Origin: Camelus ferus
Lineage: Eukaryota
Assembly (NCBI RefSeq): GCF_009834535.1
Contig: NC_045707.1
Coordinates: 60,886,001 to 60,950,000 of the forward strand
Reading direction: 5' to 3'
DNA length: 64,000 nt
In this document: positions 36,162-49,198 of the stretch, piece after piece
Layout: each line of letters begins with the position of its first letter
Position numbering within the stretch: position 1 is the first letter of the stretch
The notes under the pieces: generated by a model
What the model saw: only the letters and a program-made list of their open reading frames with translations
Told to the model about the DNA's origin: nothing
Database searches by the model: none
Position numbers and translations under genes: made by a program

Positions 36162-36707
36162 TAAGTGTAACCTTTTAAAAATGTGGGTCATGGATTCTAA
36201 AACATAAGCAGAAATATCTGAAAGGATTCCTGTTCCTTGTGAATATTAATGTTGCTGTTGTCACGTAAGCTCAGTCCCCAGCCCTCCCTCTCCTCTCCAC
36301 AGCGCCTGTCTGTGGCTACTGTCTTCTCAGTGTTGTTGACCCCACTTTTGGCCCCCCCCCGCCCCCGCCCCATCCACCAGGCACTGAGCACCACTTGCAT
36401 CCTGCTGTAGAGCAGGATGTTACAGCATGTGAATTCTGGTGACTGCCATTCTTTAATTTGTTCTGCCATCCCTACCGCTGGAAACTTCTCACGGATCATC
36501 TTGCCTCGTGCTGGTCCATAGCAGTACTTGGGACCTTTTCTCATCTCCTCCTCAAGTCCCTAGACCCCCAAGCCTCCTGGTCCTTGGGCTCCCCTGAGAA
36601 AGCAAAACATTCTCAATGTTTGAATAAGCAGGGCAGTTTAGGTCTCCAGTGTCTGTCTTTCCCGTTCAGATTAACTCAGACCTCTACCAAAAACTCCACA
36701 TTTTCTT

Positions 36708-36768
36708 GTATTTGGGGGGGGGGGGAGGAAAGGGGGAGGGAAGTAGGTTTGTTTGTTTGTTTGTTTGT

Positions 36769-36805
<37 letters not shown>

Positions 36806-36881
36806 ATGGAATAACTGGGGATTAAACCCAGGACCTGTGCATGCTAAGCACGTGCTCTATCACTAAGCTATACCTTCCCCT
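36708..36881 (-). mobile_element. Camelid tRNA-derived SINE with an expanded (TTTG)/(TTTA) tail
   Basis: actggggattaaacccaggacc...gcatgctaagcac...ctataccttcccc; CACATTTTCTT is duplicated (36697-36707 and 36888-36898). Confidence 0.9.
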
Positions 36882-39479
36882 CAAATTCACATTTTCTTTA
36901 AAAAAAAAAAAAAATCCTTCTAGAGGGTTTCTACCCCTAGTAGTACAAAAATCAAGAAGCTTGAAATGATCTTTCTTTTTTACTATCTTATTTTATAATT
37001 GCAGTTGTGTAAAGGCAAGGAATAGCCTGAGTTTCCCTCCATTTCTCATGGTGTCTGTTGCTATCTAGAACAGACAGTACGAAGGGAATAAATGGTGGTT
37101 CATGCAGTGTGCACTGAACAACCAAGCTCCTTTTTCCCTCTGATGCTGTTACATAGACCTGACTCCTTTGGAAATTGCTCTCTGGGATATGTAACTTGGA
37201 GAATAGCTACACTGACTTCAACATTATAACACATTTGAAGTTCCAAGCTTAGTGTTCCAGGGAATACTGAGAACTTGAAACAACCCAAACATGAAAACCC
37301 CACAAAGACCGAAGAACCAGCTCAACCTCATCTTCGCTAAACCAGTGCGGGCCATGCATCCTCATCTCCACCATGTCCGAACACATGGTGGATGATGGGT
37401 GATGCCCAGGCATCCAGACTTTGAAAGTTTCCTTTGAAAATATTCTGATCATCACTGAATTTTCAAATAGCATTTTAGGGGTTCAAATGTTAATAAAGAG
37501 AGAGAGATGTACGAGGGCCTTGATTTCTCTGTGTGGAAAATGGACACACTGTAGTATCTTCTCTCGATCTGCTGAGTCAGGTATTCTGAGAAGGAACTGG
37601 AATTTGACTGCTTTGTGCTTTGGGCTCTTGAGAGGAATAACGTTTTTAGAGATCATCATTAAAAGTTCACAAATGAAAGAACTTTACCAGATCAAAGAAA
37701 TTCAATATTTTTGTTTGTAACTTACCTTTAAATTTTATCAGTGCCTTTAAAATGCTTGCTTACCATGAATCACTTTGGATGATTATTTTAAATAATTAGT
37801 GGCAGCCCAGTGCTCCATGATACAAAGATTGATGGTTGTACCCCAGCCCCACATTGGCGCATTCCTTTGCCGACATTATTTGGAGGATTACAATCGGTAT
37901 AGAACAACTCTTTGAACAAATCATATTAGATTTTTGGCTTGGGGATGTGTACACTTGCATTTAATATCTTTTTGTCTTTAATTCAGATTATTTCGTCTGA
38001 GGATGGGAGGAAGAAAGAATGATGTTAGCCTACAGCTTCTCTGTGATGGTGATGGAAATTCAGAAAGAACGAGGTGATTTTCTCTGCTGTTGATGGCAAG
38101 GTCCCTCGCCTCAGAATCTGAAGGGATGACAAATGAAGGGATCCTCTCCCTCCCTGTGAGCTTTGCAAATCAGAAATGACATTCCTTTCCTGGAGTGTGA
38201 TGCTTTTGTAAATGTGATTTTACACTTTCTGAAAGCTATGATTTCTTGATCCAGTAGTGTATTTGGGGAGGCTAGAATTACTTGAGGGAACTTTCTCAAG
38301 TAGGTGTATACACACACGCACACACCCCACACTCATTTTTAAACTTGCAAATTAGATTTAGAGGATAAATTTGATTTAAAAAATTAGCCAAGTAGACAAA
38401 ATTGCTTTGGGAAGTTCATGGGGGGTAGGTAGTGATTACTGGTTTCTCTGCCTCTGTTTTGTTATTAGCACAAATCTTAGAAAAGGCAAAGAAGAAATCA
38501 GGTTAGACTTGCTGTGGGCAAGAATTATTGGAAAAAGAAAAATACTGATTGTTATATTATCTCTATTTTCAGTCTGCTGCTGTTGCGTAAGTATGTGTAT
38601 CCTTTCATTAGCATCGTTTGGTGATGCTTATTAACTCATAAATAAGACATTGTTTTCTTGAATCATTTATTGAAAGTATACTTGCTGTAAAAATTAGAAA
38701 AGGAAGGCATTTGTTTTAGACAAGGTAAGAAATGCATGTAAAACCTGCTAAATTAATTTATTATTACCCTTTATGTAAATTTTATTTAATGTCTTCATTT
38801 TATTCTTAGCCTAGGTGATAGATCGTAATAATAGAATCACATTTAAGAATACTTAAATGATTAATTTCTTGCTAAAGGAATACAAGCTCAAAATTAAACA
38901 TAATCTTGTACTAATCTATTTTCATAAAACTAAGAGTGTACAGAGGTATAATTTTTAGCAAAATTACATTATAAGTATGTTTTCAGCACAAAATATTGTT
39001 TCAGAATCCAGTGGGTTGAATTTATAAAATCTAGTTTATTTCATCTTCAATTCCAAATTAATGCTGTGAAAGTAGGAACCTGAGGTAATTTTGTATAGTA
39101 GCATAACAGCTGCACAGTACTGATTTTAAACACTCTGTAGGAAGCCAGACACAGCTATCTGAGGTGGAGGAATTAGGTGAGTGGGCCACTAATCAAAGGG
39201 TACCGGTATTAAAAAATATTATTGTTTGCTCAGTTTGAAAATTAGAAATGTTTTGTGAAACTATTTGTCACTGACATCACTGCTTGTAAGAACCAGAAGT
39301 TCATGCTTCAGATCCCTCCTAATACAGCTTTGAACTCCGTCTAAGGGGTATCATGTCCCAGCAACTTTTAGTCCAGCAATACCAACTAAACTAAACGTAT
39401 ATTTGCATCTGTTTCCCCGAATGCACGGAGCCAAAGAAAGTTACCTAGAATGCATTTTCCAAACACAAATATAACGATG

Positions 39480-39960
39480 ACATACTGCTAATAAACTTTC
39501 AGGAAGGGCCCTGGTCTGGCCCCAGCCCACTCTGTTCTCATTCCTGATGCCCTTCTGTGTACATCTTATTCAGCTGCTCCTTTCATCTCAACATATCATG
39601 CTTAATCATGCATCTTTGCCATAATCCTACTACTCTTTCTCCCTGAATACTCTTCGCTTTCTCAACATGATAAGCTATTTTTCATTCTTCAAGACATGGC
39701 TCAAATTTTAATGCCCATAGGAAGTCTTCTTGACCACCCCCTCCTCCCCACGCAGTTAATCAACTTCACCCTTTTCTTCCCACAGCACAGCATTTAAATA
39801 TGTCTCTCCTCCTGGACCATGAGTCTTTCCCAGCAGACTGTGAGCTTCTTGAGAGCAATGGTGATGTCTCTTTCATGTTTGTTTATATTCCCACCCCTCT
39901 CACTGCTCTCTCACAGTACTGCTTAGCACAGTGTCTGGCATAGGGAATGCTAAATCAATC
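39480..39960 (+). mobile_element. L2 3' region
   Basis: tcattcttcaagacatggctcaaat...agactgtgagcttcttgagagca...gcttagcacagtgtctggcatag. Confidence 0.75.
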
Positions 39961-40377
39961 TGATCCTTGTTGCTCCGAAGTGCAACTAAAGAAGATGACG
40001 TTTGTGTGATTAGGCAAGAAGCAAACAAATCTATACAACTTGAATCAAAAAAGTACACATAATTTATGCAGTTTAAACCAAAAATTTTATTCAGAGAATA
40101 AAAATTGGGAAGTTAACTATTTATGGTAAGTACAGAAATTAAATGTAAATCATTAGGAGTTTGTAGAGGAGACAGTGGTTGGAGGCAGAGGGAGTATCTA
40201 AGTCCTGTTTGGTACATGCTGAGTTCCTAAAGAGAGTGAACTGTAGTGACCAAAACAGCTCATTTTGACAGCCATTATGGCTTTGTTTCATCAGTAGTTT
40301 TTCTGCGTGTTTGGGTTGTTTCAATGGCCTGATTTTTGCAATATATAATCACAGTACTTTGTTTAAAAAAAACTTCA

Positions 40378-41160
40378 TGCCAACAAGGGTCCTGTTGCTT
40401 ATACTATAGGGTAGGGTGATCCTCTTTAAGAAAAACACAAAATCACAAAGGTAAAATTATGTATGAAAGCAAATATTTATATAGAACAAGAACAAACTGC
40501 AATTTTTATGTGACAAATATTACAAAACCCAGAAAAAGAAAACATAATTTTTTTTTAATTAATAGCCTCTATAACACTTTCCCTACGTTTTTGACTGGAA
40601 GCCCATTGATTTTTTTCATCTGACAATAGTTTTATCACTTTCTGTCGACACATAATTCAGTTTCATCTGTAGCATGTTTTTCCTAATCTACTCACATTCT
40701 ACCCAATGCTGGTCACTTAGGGACATGTTCTTATTTTGAGAGACACCTGGCTTTGTGCCTTTTTGTGGTGCTGATAAGTCAGCATAGTGGGCAATTAGAG
40801 TGTTTCTGGAAGCCATTTCTACGCCAGAAAGGCTGGCCATGCTTTACCTACATATGGAAGTGAGGAGACTTACAAAAACATATCCCAAACACCATGCGTT
40901 ACCAACTGTACTTTCCTTACTCAAGTCCACAAAATGCCTGTGGCCGCTGCAATAAACCAATTAGACACAGAGAAAATGTGACAGAGAAGGACGGAACGGA
41001 AAGAGAAAACAGTCTTAGCGGATGATGGTGAAACTATCTAACTTGTGCAAATTTTACAGAATTCATTTGACCATGGGAATACAGCAGTAAGGCCCCTCCC
41101 AGAGCATCAGAAGGGACCCTTTCAGGAGAAGGGCCTCAAGACTAAAATCCATCTCTTACC
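40378..41160. mobile_element. hAT-Tip100 Zaphod/MER115-like DNA transposon fossil
   Basis: gcttata...cctctttaagaaaaa...tgacaaata...ctctataacacttt...ggcccctcccag...aagggccc resembles the recalled Zaphod consensus. Confidence 0.65.
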
Positions 41161-41460
41161 TAATGCAAGTGAAAGAGAAAAATCACTTATATCCCCAATC
41201 CTCACCTGGAAATGAGAACAACAAAGGCTGCTGGCAAAGAATACAGTCAAAACTCAAAGGTCTATTCTGTCTTATGAAGAAAACAGCCCTGTCTAATTCT
41301 CAGCAGATGTGAAGAGGAAGGGAGTGGGTAATGGAAAGAACATTGCTTTGCACAAAAATATGACTTTCAAGACATGGATTCTGGAGAGAAAGGTGACTTG
41401 TAAGTTAGGAAATGGTTGGAAAAATATTTTCTCATTCCTACAGGTTTACATGGCTTTAGT

Positions 41461-41701
41461 CTAGGAGTCATAAACTGGTAAAACATAAGTCATATTTAGC
41501 CTGAAAGCAGGTTTTATTTACCCCCACAAAGTGTCTTTAATTAAAAAAAAAAATGAGCCAATGCAAACAAATTCGATTTCAAAACACAACATCTGTGCAC
41601 ATCACTCTGTGGCGACATGCAGCTCAGCTGGGCAAAGATGCCCCTTTGAGATATAACGTGTCCCAGCTTGCACACTCCTCACGATTTACGCAGCCATGAG
41701 G

Positions 41702-41740
<39 letters not shown>

Positions 41741-41810
41741 CCTTTTGGTTCTTGCTTAGGCCTGATTATTCTGTCTTCATCCTCCAGGGTGTTTGTGTTT
41801 GATCCAACCA
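41461..41810. mobile_element. Old hAT-Charlie-like element with an internal poly-T
   Basis: TIR-like start aggagtcataaactgg and end tttgtgtttgatcc; poly-T at ~41703-41738. Family uncertain. Confidence 0.4.
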
Positions 41811-43809
41811 GCATGCCTGCACATCACACTTGTGAGGAGACCATGAGGGGCCCAATTTTATTTGGAGGCACTTCAGAGATGACATCCCAAGACTAGGAGA
41901 GACTGTTCTGTGGAAGGGGGACGCCAGTAGACCACACTGATCGTACTGGTAATGGACTACTTCCTAGGACATTTTCTCAGACGCAGAAAAACTTACGGCT
42001 GATGGGACAGTGGGAAGATTGTGTTGGGGAGGGGGACATGCTGTGCCAATAAGTGGGTTTGGGGTCTGGAGCTTTTTAAAAGGTACGTTGAGATTCACAC
42101 AGGGAAACCAAGAATGAGGAAAGGCGTTGGGAGAAAGATGACAATTTGAAAACAAAAGGAGCAATTTAGAACAGTGAGGGAATCCAAATAGGATCAGGTG
42201 AACATTTTAAATGATCAGATCCCTTCCCTTTGGGACCCTCAAGAGTCATTTTAAGCCCACAGCTTCCAGTGTCCCTCTCCTAGTGTGTAATTCTCTTCAG
42301 TTAACCCATGTGAAGGAAAGCACACCATCTTATATGGTGGTACAGAGAATTCTAAGGTTACTGGGCAATAAAGGAGAAGAGTGGACCCAACCCATCTGCT
42401 GATTCACTAGCACCTGCAGAGGCAGAAAAGCATCCAAGGGAAGAACCACGCCCAGAAGTGCCAGATGTGACCAGCAGGAAGGTGAGCACTGCCTACAGCA
42501 GAGCTGAATATTGGGGAGAAGAACATATGATTTTTTTCAAGCTCATTGCAAATATGCCATGTTGAAAGGCTTGCAAATTTCAGTTCCTGGCCCAAAGAAA
42601 GTACCTAAAAATTTTAGCCATCCTTATCATTTTTACTAATTAAAAAAAAAAAAACTGCTTTCCTGCTACTTGTGGGTCATAAATTCTCATGAGTCAGGAT
42701 ACATTGGCAGTTGAACAGCTACATCCAGTCCTTTTGTCTGAAAATTTGTTAGTCTGTCTACTTTCCCACAGACCACACTATTCTCTATTGCTTTACATCT
42801 GAATGGTTTCCTTTTGTACATCACCTTTATAGACAGTTGAATTTTGACCTCTTTTAGACTAAACAAACTCCATGGGAAGGATAGAAAAAGTTACTCTGAG
42901 ACAGGATTCCGATATATTTTGAAAGAGAAGAAGGTGTTTAGAGGATCTGAGGGAAGAGGATATTCCAAAGGAGAAGCAACCTGTGAGCATGCATTTATCT
43001 CTATTTTCTAATTTTTTGAAATGCACACGTATCATCTAATTCTTATAAATACAAGAAATTTTTAAAAGACAAAGATTTTTTAATTGAAAAGATGGCTATT
43101 TAAAAAATAGATGAAGATCTGAGTTGGCCATCTCCAGGGTGCTGGGAAAATGTATGGGAGTAAAAAATTATCTTACTCTTGGAAAAACAAATTAAAGAAT
43201 AAAAGATGTCAGGTTAAAAAATTGATAAAGAAAAAGTACTATAAAGAAAAGGACAACTAGATACAGTTTAATAATATAATCAAATGAAAAAAATTTAAAT
43301 AGTCTGTTTATGATAAAAATATCACCTGGTTTAAAATTATTTACATTTGAAATTTTTACAAACTTTCCTTGTAATGCAAGTATTACAAGGAAATAGTCAC
43401 AGATGATGAATTAATAAATATACACACACAAATTCACAAATTAAGCATAGAAATTATTATGAACATCAGATCCATATGTTTTGTAAAGAAATTTTTTTCA
43501 GTGTCAGCCTGTCTTTCAATCATTGCAGTTTTGTTAAAGAGAGGAAAAGGAAATTATTACTCAGAGATGAGTAATTGTTCAGGGAAATGAATCCTTCTGA
43601 AGGAATGTTTAGAAGGCAATTGCTGAGTATTTGAATTCTAAGTTGCTAAAAGTCCACCATGCCAGGAGAAAAAGGTGGCCACTGGCCAGGCATTGTTTCA
43701 CCTCTGCATGTGGTCATCTTAAATCCGTAATACAGCAGATCTTTTGGTAATGTGCATCCAGTCTAAGATGCAGTGTGCAGCATTAATAAACAGAAATGAA
43801 TATAATTGA

Positions 43810-44080
43810 GATCACTTTATTGTATCTTCAAACAGGTTTTGAGCATCTGCTGCACTGTGCTCACCATTGGGAAGAAAAAAAAAAACGCAAGGCCCCGGAG
43901 AAGCTCTCTGATCCAGCAGGAGGTGGGGCAGGGGCAGGCAGGTAAAAGATGCTTAACGGTATCTGTGGTATCATTTGAGTGACGAATAAGTGGACCAGGT
44001 AGTTAAGACCCAGGAAAGAAGTATCTGGAAGCTGGTTTTTATTGGGGGCATGGACTTGGCTTGGGCCTTGAAGGAAGAGC
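43810..44080 (-). mobile_element. L2 fragment
   Basis: caaacaggttttgagcatctgctg...gctcaccattggg...tgggccttgaagga. Confidence 0.5.
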
Positions 44081-45919
44081 TGTCACAAAGTCACAGACTA
44101 AGAGGTGAGAAATGTGGAAGCCGTACCCAGCATGAGTAAAACTGAGTGGAGACAGTACTGAGAAGGGTGGGTCGTCAGTGCAAGAACACTCTGTGACAGC
44201 AAATCCGATCACACAAGTTAAGTAACTTTATAATCACAGTTCTGTCCACGTGAAAACATTAGACGGCAATTCAAAAGGCTTTAATCTAACCTAGCTGCAG
44301 GTTTTCGATAAATTTCTTCTTCCTTCCTGTATTTTGTAAAAACTCTGCAATATTTTTGGTTATACTAGCAATATATACTCAATATTCTAAAAATCAGCAA
44401 AAATAAAGAGAATAAAAATTAGGGAAAAATCTCACCTCTGAAGTTACCACTATTAATATTTTCATAAACAATATTGCTAGATTGTTCTCCAAAAGTTGTA
44501 TCAGTGTATATTCTCATATGGAAAAATGTATAATTAAAATTTTAATTTTAATTAAAAAAATAAAATAATTTGTCAGGGTCGTTTGGTTAATTCCAGATTA
44601 GGTGTGGTTAAAATCATGGTCTTCTGAATTGCCGTCTAGTATTATTATGCAAATATTAGAGTAGAAGCAGTGATTCCCTAGACTAGGTAGAGGAGCAGAT
44701 ATAACTCACAGTGATGTGTTCTTATTTCTTCCTAGACTCATGACTGGGCGAAATGCGCTCTATAAACAAAGCGCTGATAGATATGGCTACTGTGAAAACT
44801 AATTTTGCCAAAATTTTTACTTTAAAAATTATGATCAGGGAGGGGAATAGAAGGCAGGAAATTAATTTCACTGATTCAAAGAATTTTATATTTTGAAAAC
44901 AGTGTTCAGTGTAAAATTACTCCATGGTGCATAGTCCTTGAAGCAGCTGCAGGAAATGTTTGAGGGGCTGGGATTTCCAGGAACTTAAAAAAATTTTTTT
45001 TTTTAATCTTAAAAAAAAAAAAGATTTTGGTATGAGAAAGAAGAAAAGGCTGTCTGTGGGAGGAGAGCTGTGCCTTGAGGGTTTTTTTGGAGGGAAGGCA
45101 TATCTGTTTATCTATTCATTTTTAGCTGAGGGACCACGAGGATAATGAAAAGAGATGGCATAAGATTTGTCCTTGTTTGGGTTTGAGTCTCTGGGTTAGA
45201 AGAAAAGAAAACCAAAAACTAATGGAAGTGGTTCCAGGATACTTGGAGAGATTCTGGGCAAGATCTGAGGGCCTAGAACTGATGGAATTAACCCTTCTTG
45301 AGACTCTGAGACTCTGGCCTAAAGCGAACTGCTTTGGTTCCTGGTGTCAAAGTGTAGCATGAAGTTAGAGAGGAGGCCACTCACACTGATGGAAACCAGA
45401 GTTTGGTTGGAATTTCCAGATAGAAACCAGCACTCCTCAGGTGCCTGGATAAGCAGTGGAGACCACACGAGACTCTGACCTTGTCCTTCTCACCACTGAC
45501 GCCATCAGGAGGGCCAGTGTCGAGGCTTCTGCAAGTGGTATCAGGTGGGAGGTGGAGAAGAGGAGGAAGAAAGGGCAGATGCTGTGACCCCAATGGACAG
45601 GTCCCCTTGGGGACTCCCAGAAATATCTGGGGGATACTTTGAAAGGGGGCTGATTTCCTTCTGGGTCAGGTGGGCAGGGGTCAGGTGGGAAGGGAGGGCA
45701 GGTGGGTGAAGAAGAGCTCAGGCTGCTGAACCAGTGGGAAAAGCAAGCATGACCAAGTTTTGTAGTCAGGCCAGTGGGGTCTGCTTGTCTGAGCTCCATG
45801 TAGATATGCCTGAATTCTGTTGCTTTGTCCTCGATGACTTTGGGGGAATTTCAGACAAAAAGATACTGTCTTCCCTCCCATTGAAAACCACTACCTTGCT
45901 TCCTTCCATGTGATCATTT

Positions 45920-46390
45920 TCAATGACTGTACACTTTGTATCAGATGCTTCCATCATATCTGATTGTGCGATCTTCCTTACTATTGGACACTTAGGCTGC
46001 TTTGGTTTTTGTGATTATGAATTATGAGGCAGTGAGCACTGTTCTTCATAGAGTTTTGAGTACAGCTATTATTATTTCCTTAGAATAAAGTCTCAGAAGG
46101 GAGATTTCTGGGTCAAAGAATACACAGAGTTTTAGGTTTTTAATAGCACTACAAATTATCCTCCAGAGCGTTGTGCCCATTTGTGCGCTCACCGGGAGGG
46201 CATACGTGTTTGCCCACATCCATTTTAACAATCGGGTACCATTGTGTTAAGCACTATTTCCATGTTGAATGAATGTCGATGAAAGAATAGCTCATATTGG
46301 TAAATACTGCTGTCTTGATTTTTAGCATATGTTTGATTATTATTATTAGTGAGATTAGGTAAGCTTTCCTTTATTGGCCATTTGTATTGC
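45920..46390 (-). mobile_element. Ancient L1ME ORF2-end fragment
   Basis: ttggacacttaggctgc...tttccttagaataaa...gagatttctgggtcaaag...ttattggccatttgtat; the minus translation includes 'FFDPEISLLRLY'. Confidence 0.75.
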
Positions 46391-46646
46391 TTTCTGAAAA
46401 ACACTTGAAAAAAACACCATGGCCTTTTAATGTGTGAAAGACAAAAAGAGGTAGTAAGCCTTAAATTAGAAGAGAATATTCACATAAATTTTGGTGTGCT
46501 TTTTTTATGTAGAAAAAAAGAAAAGAAGGAAAGAAAAGGATGAAGGGAGGGAAGAAAGAAAACTGATGACCCAAGAATTGTTCTTTCATTGCAAAAATTC
46601 CGTTTCTTTAAAAATTTCTGCTTCCTCCTGAAACTCTGCCCTGGCT

Positions 46647-46648
<2 letters not shown>

Positions 46649-46688
<40 letters not shown>

Positions 46689-46759
46689 CCTGTGCAGGTA
46701 TACACATGCATATATACATGCATACACACACGTACACACACACATATGTGTACATATAT
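46649..46759. repeat. (TG)n microsatellite plus TA/CA-rich alternating tract
   Basis: Directly visible. Confidence 0.95.
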
Positions 46760-47376
46760 CCTGTTGCCCTCGGGTTTGGTCAGGAATACCCAGAACTGGC
46801 CACATTGTGGCACAGTGCCCTGAATATACTCCTTGGTGACAAGAAAGTGCTGTGTTGATACTTAAGTTTCCTGCCTTGTTTTTGTTTGCAAATGTAATAT
46901 GTTGGGCTACAGATATGGCCTCTGTTGGTGTGCACATAAAGTCCCCTAGTGACCTGCATAATCCCTGCCTACAGTCTGTGGTCTTGAGTGCAGGCAGGGG
47001 GAAACCATGAGAGAGTTTGGCTGCTTTCCTCATAATCAGTAAGGGAAGGAAAGGGACTAACCATCAACCCCATTAACCGAGCACCTATGATTTACTCCTC
47101 ACAATTGCCCGGAGAGGTTTGTGTCTCTCATCCAAGCATTTTGTAATTGAGCCTCATGAGATTCAGAGAAAGTAAGTAAGTAAATCGCTTGAGGTGCCCT
47201 GGTGCAGTGCTGGAGTGACTAAAACCAGTGCTCCTCCCTCGGCTTTCAGCACCTACATGCCAGTCATTCAGGGATCACTTTCAGAAATTTCGTTATACCT
47301 AAATAATATAGTAATGCATTCTAACTTAAATCAGCTCACTTTTTAAACTTAAAATGTTTCTTAAAAAGGAAATTAT

Positions 47377-47504
47377 GGCGGGGAGGGTATAGCTCAGTGG
47401 TAGAGCGCATGCTTAGCATGCATGAGGTCCTGGGTTCAATTCCCAGTACCTCCATTTAAAACAAACAAACAAACAAACAAAGCTAATTACCCCCCCCCCA
47501 AAAA
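47377..47504 (+). mobile_element. Camelid tRNA-derived SINE (Vic-1-like), near-consensus copy
   Basis: ggggagggtatagctcagtggtagagcgcatgcttagcatgcatgaggtcctgggttcaattccc with intact A and B boxes; perfect 15-bp TSD TAAAAAGGAAATTAT (47362-47376 and 47505-47519). Confidence 0.93.
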
Positions 47505-48702
47505 TAAAAAGGAAATTATATGACTACTATAAATGGAAACCCAGTATCAATGGTCCTGAACAGAGAGTATAAAAATCTCCATGGGCAAAAACACTTGTTT
47601 TTCAGCTCATCTTGAACCTATTTCTGCCTGACTGAGATTTTTAAATTTCTTTCTGTCTTTGGTGGTCCTAGGAGTCCTCGGTCAACCCCTATTTCCCACT
47701 CTGCTGCTCATCGAATAAATGTGAGGCGCTATGTCTCCAAGCTTGGCCTGAGAGGCCCTCCCAGCCCCCCCTCCAGGACTGTGATACTCATCCTCTTGTG
47801 TATAGTCGGTCAGCGTGCATACTCTGGGAAACCCTGAAAACAAACTGCTTCCTGTCCTCCCCTTCTAAGAAAAAAATACTAAACCCAGATACTGCTAGGG
47901 ATCAAAATCCAAATGAAGAGTGCAGTTCTGAGGCATGTGAATTGCCCTAGTCATTCAGTAATGACTTTGGAAAAACACAGAGGGCCAATGTACCCTTTTT
48001 AGTAGATAACATTTCTCTTCTAAAGTTCTCCTCGGTGACATTTATTTATTTTTAGAGTCCTGTGGCTAGCAACCTAGACTGGGGCACGATTCATCTATTC
48101 ATTTATGCTCTCTTTTGTGTTGAAGGCAATTGTTACCATTGAATGAATTCTGTCATCAACAAACCTAGTAGTTATGGCCACCAACACAGACAGATGGGCT
48201 AGTGGTGCCTTGGGCTTTTATTTTGCAGGCAGCCGTCGTCTCTCACTGGTTCCATTCAGAGTCTGAGAGGAAAAATTCTTTGTAGCTGCAGTGAATTTTC
48301 TTTGGAACATAAATGGTTAAATGTTTCTCTGAAAATTTCTTTGAGTGATGACATTTTAGTTGCTAGGTATATAGCCTATTCCATTTAGATCTGCAGGTCC
48401 TTAATTCCTGTTCTATGGGCATGTGCCCTAATTAAAGAGTTAGGCTGTATCCCAGTGGAATCTACCCTTCAGGACAGCCAAGTTGCCACGTTTCTTGTAT
48501 TCTGCATAGCATCTTTATTCTGTTTTCTTTATCTGGAATCTTGTTAGTTTAAAGAAAAAGATCTTTCACAATTGATAACAAAACAAAACCAGGAAGCAAG
48601 AAGAAGTAGATTGTAAGTAAAATAAGCTTCCAATATATAAGGAGCCCTTAATCTACGTATGTAATTCGTTCCCAAACTATAGACATTGGTTGTTTGGAAA
48701 AC

Positions 48703-49198
48703 TATAGGAGAGGGGAAAAAAATCTCTTTCCCTCTACCCACTGAGGTTCTCTGGGTAGGGCCCTATAAACTAGCCTGACAAAAAACAGATTAACAAGAGG
48801 GAAGCCTACGAATTTATTTACTATGAGTTTTGTATGACATGGTAGCCAGCATAAGGAAGTGAAGCCCTGGAGAAACGGTCAAATCTGAGTGTTTTCAAAC
48901 TAGGTTTGGTGAAGAGTGGAAAGTCGTGGAAAAATGTGGCAGAACAAAAGGGCAGGAGCTAAGGGTATTAACTAGGGAAACTTAGCAAGATCTGTTCCCT
49001 TGGATTCTCTGTCCATTCGTCTTGTGATAGGGGTGTTCCTTTCCTCTGGGTATAGGAAGGGCACCTCTCACAGGAGGGTCTTATGACCTGCTTTCAGCGA
49101 GTCCTTCCTGTACCACCCGTTTCTTGAATTCCTTCAGCTTAAAATATTCAAAATGCCAAGGAGCCATGTTGGGGAGTGCTATGTTCTGAACCTCATCA
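48703..49198 (-). mobile_element. ERV1 LTR, MER34-like
   Basis: ctgacaaaaaacagattaacaagag...tttatttac...cttcagcttaaaatattcaaaatgccaagg...ttctgaacctcatca; similar to the copies at 8722 and 58488. Confidence 0.75.

Noticed and set aside
45082..45135. Possible sixth SINE tail fragment
   Set aside because: It is too short and diverged, with no tRNA-like head or TSD.
46480..47033. Overlapping ORFs with HT/CV repeats
   Set aside because: These are microsatellite translations.
47379..47452. tRNA-like sequence (also at 54333 and three minus-strand copies)
   Set aside because: It has a TSD, an A-rich tail and multiple diverged copies, so it is a tRNA-derived SINE and not a tRNA gene.
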